A stretch of 64,000 nucleotides of DNA from Candidatus Latescibacterota bacterium (GCA_965197905.1 CBDAOB010000004.1:2080001-2144000); one strand, 5' to 3'; counted from the stretch's first letter, positions 10,823 through 22,259 are shown. The notes: generated by a model not told the origin, from the sequence alone. Numbers and translations: made by a program.

Positions 10823-10868
10823 GCGGTAGCACAGATTGTCCTAGCGTCATCGGATAGAGGTTTGCTCA

Positions 10869-11930
10869 ATGGATCTCATCGAACTCTCACAGAATCTCGC
10901 AAGCTGGCTGCGTGGCACCGACGATGCCGACGGCATTGTCGTGAGTTGCCGCACGCGCCTGGCTCGGAACCTAACGGCACAACCATTCGCCCAGCAAGCT
11001 AATGAGGAGAATGAGAGGGAGGTTATCGAACGGGTTTTGTCGGCTGCCCGGCGCATCGGAGCGATGCGAGACGCGGCATTCTTCAAAATGGACGCGCTCG
11101 ATGCCAGCGATCGCCGCCTGTTGATGGAACGCCATTTGGTGAGTCCGGCGCTGGCCCAGAGCAAGGGTCAGCGCGGAGTGCTGTTTAATGCTGATGAGTC
11201 GCTGAGCGTTATGATCAATGAGGAAGATCACCTGAGACTGCAGGCGATTCTTCCGGGTCTGAGCTCGGAGAAGGCGTGGGGACTGATCAATTCTCTGGAC
11301 GACCAATTGGGCGCCGGCCTCGATTTCGCATATTCGGAGAAATACGGGTATCTCACGGCCTGTCCCACGAATACCGGCACCGGACTACGGGTATCGGCTC
11401 TCATGCATCTGCCTGCGCTGGTGTTGACGGAGGACATCGAGCGAGTTCTGCGCGGGTTGACGCAAATGTCGTTCACTGCCCGCGGTGTTTACGGTGAAGG
11501 CACGAACGCTGTCGGCAACCTGTTTCAGATCTCGAATCAGGGTACGTTGGGACACAAAGAGGAAGAATTAGTCGAAAATTTATCGACATTGGCAGAGAGA
11601 TTGGTCGAGTACGAGCGCGACGCTCAAGAGACCCTCCGCAAAGAAGCAAGCGACCAGGTCGAAGACAAAATCTGGCGGGCCTATGGCATTCTCAGCAACT
11701 CCCGTGTATTGAGCAGCCAGGAATTCATGAACTTGCTTTCGGCGGTGCGGCTTGGCTACAGTCTTTCAATGATGCCGCGCGTTACCTCAGCCTTTTTGAA
11801 TCAGTTGATGATCATCACCCAACCTTCACATTTGCAGGCAGAGGCAGGGCGAAAATTGAAACCGGATGAACGCGATGTAATCAGGGCCTCTCTCGTGCGT
11901 CGGCGCCTCCGTGATCATCTGGCAACGTGA
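10869..11930 (+). CDS. mcsB: Protein-arginine kinase McsB
   Basis: 'RTRLARNL', 'MINEEDHLR', 'GYLTACPTNTGTGLR', 'FQISNQ'. Confidence 0.95.
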   Translation: MDLIELSQNLASWLRGTDDADGIVVSCRTRLARNLTAQPFAQQANEENEREVIERVLSAARRIGAMRDAAFFKMDALDASDRRLLMERHLVSPALAQSKGQRGVLFNADESLSVMINEEDHLRLQAILPGLSSEKAWGLINSLDDQLGAGLDFAYSEKYGYLTACPTNTGTGLRVSALMHLPALVLTEDIERVLRGLTQMSFTARGVYGEGTNAVGNLFQISNQGTLGHKEEELVENLSTLAERLVEYERDAQETLRKEASDQVEDKIWRAYGILSNSRVLSSQEFMNLLSAVRLGYSLSMMPRVTSAFLNQLMIITQPSHLQAEAGRKLKPDERDVIRASLVRRRLRDHLAT

Positions 11931-11941
11931 CGCAGACGTTC

Positions 11942-11970
11942 TTGACAAGAGTACCCGTTTTTGGTAGTTT
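11942..11970 (+). promoter_or_regulatory. Putative sigma70 promoter upstream of clpC
   Basis: TTGACA-17 bp-TAGTTT with extended -10 TG. Confidence 0.6.
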
Positions 11971-12098
11971 CAAAACCGAGCTAAAAGTGCCGTTTGGTGT
12001 TATTTTTGTTGAGTTTAGTATCAATAGGAAACTGGCGCTATCTCGGTGATTTAGCCGGTTAGATAGTGATGAACGGACCGCCCAGGAGGGCATCTAGA

Positions 12099-14564
12099 AT
12101 GAACAACATGTTTACCGATGGCGTGAAGCGTGTCATGCAGTTGGCGCGCGAGGAATCGGCGCGTCTTGGCCATAACTACATCGGGACGGAACACCTGCTC
12201 CTGGGGATCATCAAGGACGGCAAGGGGAAAGCCGTCACGATTTTGACCAATCTGGGATTGAACCTGGAAACCGTCAAAAGCAGCGTCGAAGATTACGTGG
12301 CCACTTCTGGTGGCACTATGACGATCGGGGAAGTGCCATTCACTCCACGCGCAAAACAGATCCTCGAAGTGGCGGCTAACGAGGCCAAAGAGATGAAAAC
12401 CCAGTTCGTGGACGTCGAGCACCTGCTGCTGGCGTTGCTCAAGGACAAGGAAGGGGTCGCAGCTCAAATCCTTGCTGCTTTTGGCGTTGACTATAAAACC
12501 GCCAGCGAAGAAACACTGGCTGTCTTGGAAGGAAAAACTACCGGGCGGAAGGAGAAGGGAAAGAAAAGCAAAACACCTTTTCTCGATCACTTTGGGCGCG
12601 ATCTAACGCAGCTTGCGAGGGAAGGAAAATTAGATCCAGTAATTGGTCGTCTCAAGGAGATCGAACGCGTAACTCAGATCCTGAGTCGCCGGAAGAAAAA
12701 TAATCCGATCCTGATTGGTGATCCGGGGGTTGGGAAGACAGCGATCGTAGAAGGCCTCGCCCAGCGGATCATCGAAAAACGCGTGCCGCAAATTTTGCTC
12801 GATCGCCGATTGGTAACGCTCGATATGGGTGGTGTAGTGGCCGGTACGAAATATCGCGGTCAGTTCGAAGAACGTATCAAGGCGGTGATGAACGAGCTGC
12901 AGCAGAACGCCGACGTAATCATTTTCATCGATGAGTTGCACACCATCGTTGGCGCCGGGAGCGCTGAGGGCACGCTGGACGCCTCAAATATGTTCAAGCC
13001 GGCGTTGGCGCGGGGCGAACTGCAGTGCATCGGCGCAACGACTCTCGATGAGTACCGCAAGTACATTGAAAAGGATGGCGCCTTGGAACGTCGGTTCCAG
13101 ACCATCATGGTGGATCCGCCTTCGGCCGAGGACACGGTAAAGATCGTCCAGGGTTTGCGCAGCAGTTACGAAAGTCACCACCACGTCGAGTTCAGTGACG
13201 AGGTGGTCGAATACGCGGTGCGCCAGGCAGACCGTTACATCAGCGACCGGTATCTGCCGGATAAGGCGATCGACGTAATCGATGAAACCGGCTCGCGAGT
13301 GCATCTTGCACGCCTCAGTCCACCGGAAGAGATCGGCAAACTAGAAGGCCAGATTCAGGAGATCAACGGCCGCAAGAACGAGTCGGTGGAAAAGCAAGAT
13401 TTCGAGGAAGCCGCCCGCCTCCGCGACGAGGCGTTCGGTCTTGGAGAAAAACTGCAACAGAAGCGTCGGGCATGGGAGGAGCAGGTTCGCGACGAAGTGG
13501 TTCAGGTGAGCGAGGACGACATAGCCGAAGTTATATCCAGTATGACTGGCATTCCCATCGTGCGTCTCGCCAAGAGCGAGAGCGAGCGATTGTTGAACAT
13601 GGAAGATGAGCTCAAGAAGGTCGTGATGAGTCAGAACGAGGCTATCGCGTCGATCTCCAGAGCCATTCGCCGCAGCCGAGCCGGGCTACAAGACCCGAAA
13701 CGCCCCATTGGGTCATTCATTTTCCTGGGGCCCACCGGAGTGGGAAAGACCTATTTGGCGCATAAGTTGGCCGAATTCCTGTTCGACGACGAGGAGGCAC
13801 TCGTCACCGTGGATATGTCCGAATACATGGAAAAGTTCTCCGTATCCAGGCTCATAGGAGCACCTCCTGGTTATGTAGGGTTTGACGAGGGTGGTCAGCT
13901 TACCGAAAAGGTGAGGCGTCGGCCTTACTCAGTCGTCTTGCTAGACGAAATCGAAAAAGCCCATCCCGACGTGTTCAATATCTTGCTGCAGATTCTCGAC
14001 GAGGGACGCTTGACGGACAGCACCGGACGCAAGGTAGATTTCCGTAATACAGTGATGATCATGACTTCCAACATAGGTACCCGGGAAGTCGGAACGGGTG
14101 GAGTTCTCGGTTTCCAAAAAGCCGACGGCGAGGCGATGCAGGAACTGATGCAGTCGAAGATCAACGACGAAATGAAAAAGGCATTCAATCCAGAGTTCCT
14201 GAATCGAGTCGACGATTCCATCATTTTCAGAGCTCTCACCAGAGAAGATATTGCGAAAATCATCGACGTTGAGTTGATCAAATTCAAAGAACGCCTTTCC
14301 TTCCGCGACATTAAGGTTCGCATCACCCCCTCAGCAAAGAGTCTGTTGGCCGAGAAGGGGTTCGATCAAACCTTTGGTGCCAGATACCTGAAGCGGACCC
14401 TCCAGAAACTCTTGGAAGACACGCTGGCTGAAGAGATTCTCCAAGGAACCTTCGGAGAGGGTAGTTACATTCGGGTCACTAAGAAGGGGGAAGACCTGGT
14501 GTTCTCCGACGAAGGTGAGGGGAGCGACCAGACGGAAAGCAAAAAAAAGGAAACCGCCGGCTGA
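12099..14564 (+). CDS. clpC: ATP-dependent Clp protease ATPase ClpC
   Basis: Double Clp-N repeats, two AAA modules ([16 protein letters not shown]), UVR M-domain, LGF ClpP-docking loop. ATG 12099 follows AGGAGG. Confidence 0.96.
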   Translation: MNNMFTDGVKRVMQLAREESARLGHNYIGTEHLLLGIIKDGKGKAVTILTNLGLNLETVKSSVEDYVATSGGTMTIGEVPFTPRAKQILEVAANEAKEMKTQFVDVEHLLLALLKDKEGVAAQILAAFGVDYKTASEETLAVLEGKTTGRKEKGKKSKTPFLDHFGRDLTQLAREGKLDPVIGRLKEIERVTQILSRRKKNNPILIGDPGVGKTAIVEGLAQRIIEKRVPQILLDRRLVTLDMGGVVAGTKYRGQFEERIKAVMNELQQNADVIIFIDELHTIVGAGSAEGTLDASNMFKPALARGELQCIGATTLDEYRKYIEKDGALERRFQTIMVDPPSAEDTVKIVQGLRSSYESHHHVEFSDEVVEYAVRQADRYISDRYLPDKAIDVIDETGSRVHLARLSPPEEIGKLEGQIQEINGRKNESVEKQDFEEAARLRDEAFGLGEKLQQKRRAWEEQVRDEVVQVSEDDIAEVISSMTGIPIVRLAKSESERLLNMEDELKKVVMSQNEAIASISRAIRRSRAGLQDPKRPIGSFIFLGPTGVGKTYLAHKLAEFLFDDEEALVTVDMSEYMEKFSVSRLIGAPPGYVGFDEGGQLTEKVRRRPYSVVLLDEIEKAHPDVFNILLQILDEGRLTDSTGRKVDFRNTVMIMTSNIGTREVGTGGVLGFQKADGEAMQELMQSKINDEMKKAFNPEFLNRVDDSIIFRALTREDIAKIIDVELIKFKERLSFRDIKVRITPSAKSLLAEKGFDQTFGARYLKRTLQKLLEDTLAEEILQGTFGEGSYIRVTKKGEDLVFSDEGEGSDQTESKKKETAG

Positions 14565-14608
14565 CTTCGAAGGTCTAATTGGTCACGCCTTGATCAGGCA
14601 ACGTAGGA

Positions 14609-14643
14609 AAACAGCCGCTTTGCATTAGGTAAAGCGGCTGTTT
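14609..14643 (+). terminator. Hairpin/terminator between clpC and bamA
   Basis: AAACAGCCGCTTTGC-attag-GTAAAGCGGCTGTTT inverted repeat. Confidence 0.6.
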
Positions 14644-14672
14644 GAGTGGGAGTCCTTTCCTAGAATTCCAAC

Positions 14673-16958
14673 ATGAATACAACCCAAAAACTGACAGGTA
14701 CCGTTGTCCTGGCGGTACTTATCGCGGTCCCGTGCCATGCTCAGAAGGTGGTTGAGGTCGAGATCGAGGGGGAACTCAACAAGGTCGCCAAGTCGCTCAT
14801 TTTGTCGACGATCGGGCTCGCGCCCGGAGTTGAACTCTCTCAAGAGAACGTTCAAGCAGCCGTACGCGACCTCCAGGGATTGGGCGTCTTCGAAGATATA
14901 CAGATATGGGGCGAACGCGTGGCGGGTGGCATCAAGGTTATCGTGGTTGTCGAAGAATATCCCACCTTGGAAGACGTTCGATTCAAAGGCAACAAGCACG
15001 TCAAGGAAAAGGATATGGAAGAGAGCCTGGCATTTGTGACGGGTCAGGTGATCGCCCCGAAGGACATTGCGCGGGGCAAACAAAAGATAATCGATCTGTA
15101 CCAGGACAAGGGTTATCTCCGGGCTGAGGTGGACGGCAAGTTGTTTGATTCCGAAACCGAAGGCAAAGTGTACCTGCAGTACAACGTCGTCGAAGGCGAA
15201 AAGGTTAAAATCCGGCGCATTCGAATCCTCAACGCCGAGGCTGTTTCCGAGGGAAAAGTCAAGAAGCAGATGGAAACAAAGGAGAAGAAGTGGTGGAGAA
15301 AGGGCGAGTACAAGGCGGACACCTATCGCGAGGACAAGGACAAAATCCTCGCCTTCTACAAAAGCAAAGGGTATTACCAGGCCGACATCCTCAGAGACAG
15401 CATTTATTACGACGAAACGCGACAGAACCTGTTTATTGATATCCAGGTGGAAGAAGGTCAGAAGTACCGCATGGGTGCCATCTCCTGGGATGGCAACGCC
15501 CTGTTTGAGAGCGATTTCCTGGCCGAAAGGCTGCCCATTGATGAAGGCGACGTCTACAAATTCAGCGGTCTGGAACTGACGCATCTGGTTCGCACGGCCT
15601 ATCTCGACAAAGGTTATCTGGACACCGAGGTCATTCCCCAGGAAACGTTGCGTAGCGACTCGGTTGACGTCGCGTTCAAGATTTTCGAAGGCGAGCCCTG
15701 GAAAATTCGACGGATCAACATCAAAGGAAATACCAAAACTAGAGAGAAGGTCATCCGCAGGGAGCTGGAATTGAGGCCGGGTGATATCTATCAGCAGGAG
15801 TTGGTGCAGGAGAGCCAACGTCGCGTTTACATGCTGAACTTCTTCAAGAACGTGGAGATCGAACCGGAATTCGGGTCCACCGACTCCGACAGGCTAGTCG
15901 ACCTGAATTTTCAGGTCGAGGAGCAACCGACCGGTCAAGCTTCGATGGGCGCTGGTTATAGCCAACGCGACAAGCTGGTCGGGCAAATAGGTCTGCGGAT
16001 TCCCAACTTCCGCGGCATGGGTCAAAATCTCGACTTCAGCTGGGAATTCGGCACCAGGCGCAAGCAGTTTTTGGTTGGTTTTACCGAGCCCTGGTTGTTC
16101 GATACTCCCACAAGCCTTTCGGTCCGGGCTTTTCTGCTGAATCAACAGTATTTCAATCTGTATGACCGCCAGTCAAAGTCAGTGAACGTGCGGATAGGCC
16201 GGCGCCTGCAACGGCTTTCGTATTCAAGCCTATCCCTGGGATATCGGCTGCAGACCGACAGTTACAACGATTTCAGCAACAGCATCAACGAGAGCTTGCT
16301 TTCCAGCGGGCGCTATGAAACCCGCAGAACCAGTAGCTTCGAATTGACATATCAAAGGGATACCCGCGACCTTGCACAGTTCCCGACCAAGGGAACCCTT
16401 TTCAGCTTTCGACCCGAGATCGCGACCTCGTTTACCGGAGGCGAGGTCGATTTTCATAGCCACGAGGTGCGGTTCAACTACTATCGCCCCAGCTGGTGGA
16501 AGTTTATTCTGAGCGTCGAGACCAAGATGTCAGTCATCGACGGATTTTCCAAGTGGGACGACGAACATTTATCCTTCTTCGACCTCTTTACGCCGGGAGG
16601 CATCGACTGGTGGGACGGCGTCGTCCGCGGCTACCCAGATCGATCGCTGGGCCCCCGCTCCAGCGGAATTCCACTCGGTGGCCGCTCCATGATCGTCTTG
16701 AATCTTGAATATCGCTTCCCGGTAGCGGAGAATCAGGTATTCGGCCTACTTTTCGCGGATGGAGGCAACGCGTGGAAAGATTTGGCAAGCATGAGTCCGC
16801 TGGACTTGCGACGATCGGTAGGATTCGGATTTCGTATCATGACACCGATGCTGGGCATGATCGGGTTCGACTTCGGATATGGATTTGACCGCCGGAAGGT
16901 CGACACCAATCCGGCTGGATGGAACACCCACTTTCAGTTCGGACCGCAGTTCTTCTAA
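14673..16958 (+). CDS. bamA: Outer-membrane protein assembly factor BamA
   Basis: Signal peptide, POTRA repeats ('GNTKTREKVIRREL'), 'VRGY' loop-6 motif, C-terminal 'HFQFGPQFF'. Confidence 0.95.
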   Translation: MNTTQKLTGTVVLAVLIAVPCHAQKVVEVEIEGELNKVAKSLILSTIGLAPGVELSQENVQAAVRDLQGLGVFEDIQIWGERVAGGIKVIVVVEEYPTLEDVRFKGNKHVKEKDMEESLAFVTGQVIAPKDIARGKQKIIDLYQDKGYLRAEVDGKLFDSETEGKVYLQYNVVEGEKVKIRRIRILNAEAVSEGKVKKQMETKEKKWWRKGEYKADTYREDKDKILAFYKSKGYYQADILRDSIYYDETRQNLFIDIQVEEGQKYRMGAISWDGNALFESDFLAERLPIDEGDVYKFSGLELTHLVRTAYLDKGYLDTEVIPQETLRSDSVDVAFKIFEGEPWKIRRINIKGNTKTREKVIRRELELRPGDIYQQELVQESQRRVYMLNFFKNVEIEPEFGSTDSDRLVDLNFQVEEQPTGQASMGAGYSQRDKLVGQIGLRIPNFRGMGQNLDFSWEFGTRRKQFLVGFTEPWLFDTPTSLSVRAFLLNQQYFNLYDRQSKSVNVRIGRRLQRLSYSSLSLGYRLQTDSYNDFSNSINESLLSSGRYETRRTSSFELTYQRDTRDLAQFPTKGTLFSFRPEIATSFTGGEVDFHSHEVRFNYYRPSWWKFILSVETKMSVIDGFSKWDDEHLSFFDLFTPGGIDWWDGVVRGYPDRSLGPRSSGIPLGGRSMIVLNLEYRFPVAENQVFGLLFADGGNAWKDLASMSPLDLRRSVGFGFRIMTPMLGMIGFDFGYGFDRRKVDTNPAGWNTHFQFGPQFF

Positions 16959-17058
16959 GCGCTTCCTCTCTCTTTTCTCGCCCGCCGAAGCCATCGACCC
17001 GCACGTTCAACCTCTTCTCAAATCGCTAGCGTAGTACCATCATCCAAGAGGGAATCTC

Positions 17059-17604
17059 ATGAAACCGTTTCGCGTTGTTGCGTTCGTGTTGGCCAGTCTG
17101 GGGTCAGCGGTATCTTATGCCGATGTTAAGCTGGGATATATAGATTCAGATATCGTGAAGGATCGTTTGCCCGAGTTTCGAGAAGCTCAACGCAAGCTGG
17201 ACCAGCTGCGTCAGGACTACGAAAGGGAAGCTGGTGATCGGCAGGGAAAACTGCTAAAGCTGCAAGAGGACTTTCGGAAACAGGAGCTGCTGATGAGCGA
17301 AGCTCGACGGCAGGAGCTGCAGGATGAATTTGACGCCAAGGTGCAGCAGCTGCAGGGCTTCAACGTGCAAAAGTTTGGCCCGGAGGGCGAGTTGGTCCGC
17401 AAGAACGTGGAACTCTCAGGTCCTATTTTTAAACAAATCAACGATGCGCTTCAGGCGATCGGCCGAGAAGACAGTTACGACTTCATTTTCGACGTCGCCG
17501 GCAATAGTTCCATCATCTTCGTGGCGGAAGACAAATACAACCTGACCGAAGATGTGCTTAAACGGCTGGATGAGGAGCGGGAGGAACGCGAAAAGGGCAG
17601 ATAG
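17059..17604 (+). CDS. skp: Periplasmic chaperone Skp/OmpH
   Basis: 'KLGYIDSD', coiled coil, 'YDFIFD...NLTEDVLKRL'; follows bamA. Confidence 0.9.
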   Translation: MKPFRVVAFVLASLGSAVSYADVKLGYIDSDIVKDRLPEFREAQRKLDQLRQDYEREAGDRQGKLLKLQEDFRKQELLMSEARRQELQDEFDAKVQQLQGFNVQKFGPEGELVRKNVELSGPIFKQINDALQAIGREDSYDFIFDVAGNSSIIFVAEDKYNLTEDVLKRLDEEREEREKGR

Positions 17605-17635
17605 CGAACCCCTCGCAGCGACACTACTCCAGCCG

Positions 17636-20600
17636 TTACTTCAACAATGTCATTTTTCGCACCTGCGTGAAATCGCCGGCTTGCAGGCGATACAAGTACA
17701 ACCCGCTACCCACCATTCTACCGTTGTCATCGCGACCATCCCACGTCCTTGTATGATACCCCGCCTTGTGGTTCGAATCGGACACCAGAACACGGATCTT
17801 CTGGCCCAGGACGTCATACACGCTAAGCAGGACGGGGGCGGCAACCGGAAGCGCGTATTGGATCGAGGTAGAGGGGTTGAACGGGTTCGGAAAATTCGTC
17901 TCGAGCGAGAACGAGCTGGGAAGAATAGTCGTCGAGCCGAGGTCTGTTACCCTCCTTGCGGATTCGCCCGCGCTTCCAAGAAAGGTCTCCGTGACTGCAA
18001 CCACTGCGTCCCCGGGCACACCGTTCAGCCGGAAACGCAATTCCGCCAGCGTGCCATGGCCCGACACGGAAGCACCCGATGTCAGGGCGTTGCCAAAAAC
18101 CACCTGGCCGGGCTCGCGAGAAAACACGGTGAAAAGATCGGCGCGCGCGCCGTTTACCTCCAATACATGCCCAGGGCCCTCGCTGGCTTCGGAGAATTCC
18201 ATTTGGTCCGGGTCGTACTCAACGACCACACCGAAGGCGTGAATCCGATCGGCATTGTCGATGCGAATGCGGACGGTGGCGATCCGATTCGAACCAAGCC
18301 CATTTCCAACGGCCGTGAGCGAGACGAAAGCTTCGCTGTCCTCGCGTGTGCTGGACCCCCATGATTTGCTAGTAATGGAGTTCCCGAAATTGTCGACGAA
18401 CACGAAGAAGTCGTCGAACGTGATGCCACCCGAACTATCCAGATCGAATTTGGAATCGAAATCCGGGCTCGACGTTGTCTCCCCGAAGTGGTCCACAAAC
18501 AAGAAGAAGTCGTCGAAGTTAACGGTGTTGTTGCCGTCGAAATCTCCCGTCAAAGTGGCCGGCGCCTCGACCAGAAACTCATCCGCTGCCGAAAACTCAC
18601 CAACCAACTCCCCCTCCTCCGCGCGCACACGCCAGTAGTAGGTAGTACCTTCTTCGAGGTCGCGGTCGATGGTCCATGCGGTGAATCCAGACCCCTGATC
18701 GCCAACCCCCGCCTGCAACCCCGAAGTGGATGCCGTTACGTTGCTGAAATCGGATATCGTCGACACCTGCAGGGTGTAGATGACTGTGGCTCCTTCGCTC
18801 ACGGGCATCGAGTTATCAAACACCAGGACCGGCCGCAGGAAGTTGTCACCGGTTCGCGATAACTGGGCCGGCGCCGATGGAGCCGCCAGTGCTGTCGGCG
18901 TCACGGTTACCGTGGAGCTCGGATCGCTTTGATTTGGGGAGCTGGCCCGGTCGATGGCTGTTATTTGATAGTCATACGCGGTTCCGTTCACCAACCCCAG
19001 ATCGGTGTAGGACGATTGCTCAACGCGGCTGGCGATTTCCGCAAACGCATCAGACCCTGTGCGGCGGAAAACATTGTAGCCGGCAAGATCAGCTTCCGTG
19101 TTGGCATCCCAATTCAGAATGATCTGCGATGAGCCGGCGGTTCCAGCCAAGTTAGCTGGAGCGGCCGGCGCCTGAGTGTCGGCTTCTGACAGGGTTGCAA
19201 AACCAACTGAGAAGGTGCTGTCGGCCTGGTTGCTGGCGCGATCCACTGATCCGACCTTGTAGAAATAAGTGGTACCGGGCAGGAGGTTGGTGAGCGTAAT
19301 CTCGTGCTCGGTCACATCCTTGGTGTCGCCAATATTAACATCCAGCAGGTTCACGTCGGTCCCGAACTCCACGAAACTGTCGCCCAGCTCATCCGTATCC
19401 CATGTCACGATCGCGCTGGAGTCGGCAGCGGTTACGACGACATTGGAGATGGCCGGCGCCGTGAGATCCTGCTCCGCATCGGTACTGAAGGTCAGAACGG
19501 CACTCTCCGTGGGGCCGTTGCTGCTCAGATCCAACGACGAAACCTTGTAGAAATAGGTGGTCGCAGCGTCGAGATTGGTGAGCGTAATCTCGTGCAGGTC
19601 GTCGGTTGTCGATAGCGTGCGAATGAATCCCAAGTCCTGGGAGGTACCGAACTCTACTTCCCCGGTGGCCTCCTCGTCAGTTGTCCATGAATGGTAGCGC
19701 TGGCATCGTTCCTTATACACCACCTCAGGTGCGACGGTTATCTCGGGAGCGACAAGATCCAAGTCGGGGTTGGTGGTAAATACACCCTGTGTGCTTTCCG
19801 TGGCTCCGTTGCCTGTGGCATCCGTAGACCCCACGATATAGTTGTAGGTCGTGCCGGCGGAAAGATTGCTCAGCGTCAGCTTGTGGCTCACTTCGTTGTC
19901 GCCGGAGGTCTCTTCATCGTCCAAACTTGCCGTGCCGAATTGTATCTCGCTGTCAGCGGGTTCGTCTGTGGTCCACTCGATAACCGCCGTATCGTGGGTT
20001 TTAGCAGATATGGTTGGACCCGACAGGATGACGGGGAACTGGGTATCGGCATCACTGTTGGTCACGAAACTGCCCGATCCCCCCGGGGGTTGTTGTATTC
20101 TTGCCACCTTGGCAGAGGTCGTCACGTTGGGGTCGAAGGTCACTGTCTTTAGGTTCGCGGCCGTCGACTCTAGACGATATCCGTAAGTCGTGTTCGGCTC
20201 GAGACCGGTAATCGTGACCACATGTTTCTGCCCGAAACGTGGTCGGCCGTTGGGCGCGAAATCGATGCGCTCAAACTCGTCCGCCGTGCCCAAGGTGCCG
20301 TTATCGCCGAGGGTGCCGAAGAAAACCGTGCCCGAGGTCTCCACATCGGTGGCCCAGCGGAATATGGCCACCTTATCGCGCGCCAAAACCTGTGGCCCTT
20401 CCGTGATCTCCGGCGGGAGAGTATCCCCTTCGGCAGAGGTGGTGAATTTCAGATCCCGACTCCACCGCCGATTACCCCGCGGATCGGAGGTGATCGTATC
20501 GCCGTCGGAAACGGCGGTCAATCGGTAGCGGTACACCGTCTGCGGTTCTAGGCTGGTGAGGGTCAGGGTTTGCCGATTCAAGTCCTCGGTTGAGGAAATG

Positions 20601-22047
20601 CTATCGCTGTAGCTGATCGTCGTCGACTCGGAATCCGCTACCCCGTAGTCAATGGTCAAGCTGGAGATGCGGCTCAACGCGGTGATGATAATGGCGGTTT
20701 CCGATCCTACGACGCGGAAAGGTGGGCCCAGGAAGCGCAGCGGCAGGATTTGTCGCAGTGTACGAAATGTGCCGGTCCGCGTGGCGGTTTTGTCTGCGTC
20801 GCTCAATGTGGTTTCCTCGACCAGGGTAGAGCTGACCGTAAAGGTGTATTCGGTGCCGGCCTCCAAACCTTCTTCGATGAGAACGATATGCGCTTGGGTG
20901 CCATCGCTATCCGCCGTACCGCTGGCTATAACCGACCCCCCCTGCTCGATGCTATACTGGGTGTCCGAGGCCCGGTTCGTGAACCACCTCATGGCTGCGC
21001 CCGTGGGAATGGTTTGAACGTCGAACGCTTCGATGTTCAGCGGTCGGAGATCGCGGGCGAGACGCGTTTGAAACCGCCCTGAGCCAAGCGGCGTCGGTCG
21101 GTTCTCCAGATCATACGATCGAGCTTCGAACTCGTAGGTCGCCCCAGACTGCAGGTTGGGCAGCAGGACAAGATGCCGCCGCGTCTTCAGGGCCTCTGTG
21201 ATTCGGCGCAGCGTACCGGCAAAACCCGAAGGCAGCACAGGGACGCCCAAAGCGTTGCGAATCTGGCTGTTGGTGGCTTCCGTAGGATCTATGCCTCTCT
21301 GGAAAAGAATGATGAGAGCGCCGACAACTTGATCTGTAGCCTGTTCGAGCAGCGGGTTGTGCGCACTGAGCCAGATCTCCTCCCCAATCTGACGGTATCG
21401 AACCGTGTCGTTAATTCCCGGTAGTCGCGTCTCCCAGCCAATAGCGGCGCGCTCGAACCCACGGTCCACCTTCAAGTCGATAATCTGATTCGCGAAGTTG
21501 GACCGGACTCGTACTCCGAATCGACCTAGGTTGAAGGTCTTGATGTCGACATCAGAGGACGACAATCCTATGCGCAGGCGGGTAACGGAGATGAAACTCC
21601 CGCTCTCCGGAACCTTCCCGATGATGTCGAAGGTAACGACGAAGACTCTCTTACGTGTATCTCCAGCGCTGAGACCCCTTCCTACCAGTTTCGCCCCGGA
21701 TGCAGAAACCGAGGCAAGTCTTCGCGGATCTCGGGTTCAGGAACACCCCCGACTGGAAGGATGAGGGCACCGGTCACGAGATTGCCGCCGACAAAGGTGA
21801 AGTTTCCGAAAACCGCCGGGTCGTAGACGATTTCCACCGCAATCTGTTTGGCACTGTCGACATTGGCTGCAAAAATAACCATGGTTTGAGGCACTGGGAG
21901 TTCGGCATCTGGAGCCGGGCCTCGAACGCTGGTTGGCGCGACCGATGGCACGAAGTTTTCGTTTATCCCTCCAAACGCTTCATGCAGTGCAAATACTGAA
22001 AGTGCAATACCCCAAAAGGCACCTAGTCGCGCAAATTTAGCCATCAT
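17636..22047 (-). CDS. Giant (~1470 aa) secreted protein: signal peptide, cohesin-like, multiple Fn3/purple-acid-phosphatase-N-like repeats, dockerin-like EF-hand pair, cohesin-like, FlgD/T9SS-type CTD; split by a frameshift near 21720
   Basis: ORF 21682..22047 carries the signal peptide. The frame of ORF 17636..21565 stays open to 21736, and the two join with one base (...EIRED|LASVSASG...). Repeats 'W-T-T-D-E...H-x-I-T-L-T-N-L', 'DFDGNNTVNFDDFFLFVDHFG', C-terminal 'NFPNPFNPST...WDGRDDNG...KMTLLK'. Confidence 0.75.
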
Positions 22048-22259
22048 TCCAAACCTCTCTCCCTAAAGTAACTATTTGTTTTATATAGGTTTATTTAGTG
22101 AATATGAACCAAGATTCCAACTTCTGATCAACAACTGCCTTTTCGATCGGTCAAGATAATTCCAACGAGAGGAGTGGTCTACTCCATCTCGTCTTCCCCC
22201 AAGATAACACACCGCGAGGTAGAAATCTGTGATACGCGTCAAGCGCCGGTCGTTTTTTC

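Noticed and set aside
14625..15818. Long antisense ORFs (397 aa opposite bamA; also 42400-43431, 38302-39396, 17552-18364, 53459-54259)
   Set aside because: Shadow frames of well-supported genes in GC-rich DNA, with no recognisable motifs.
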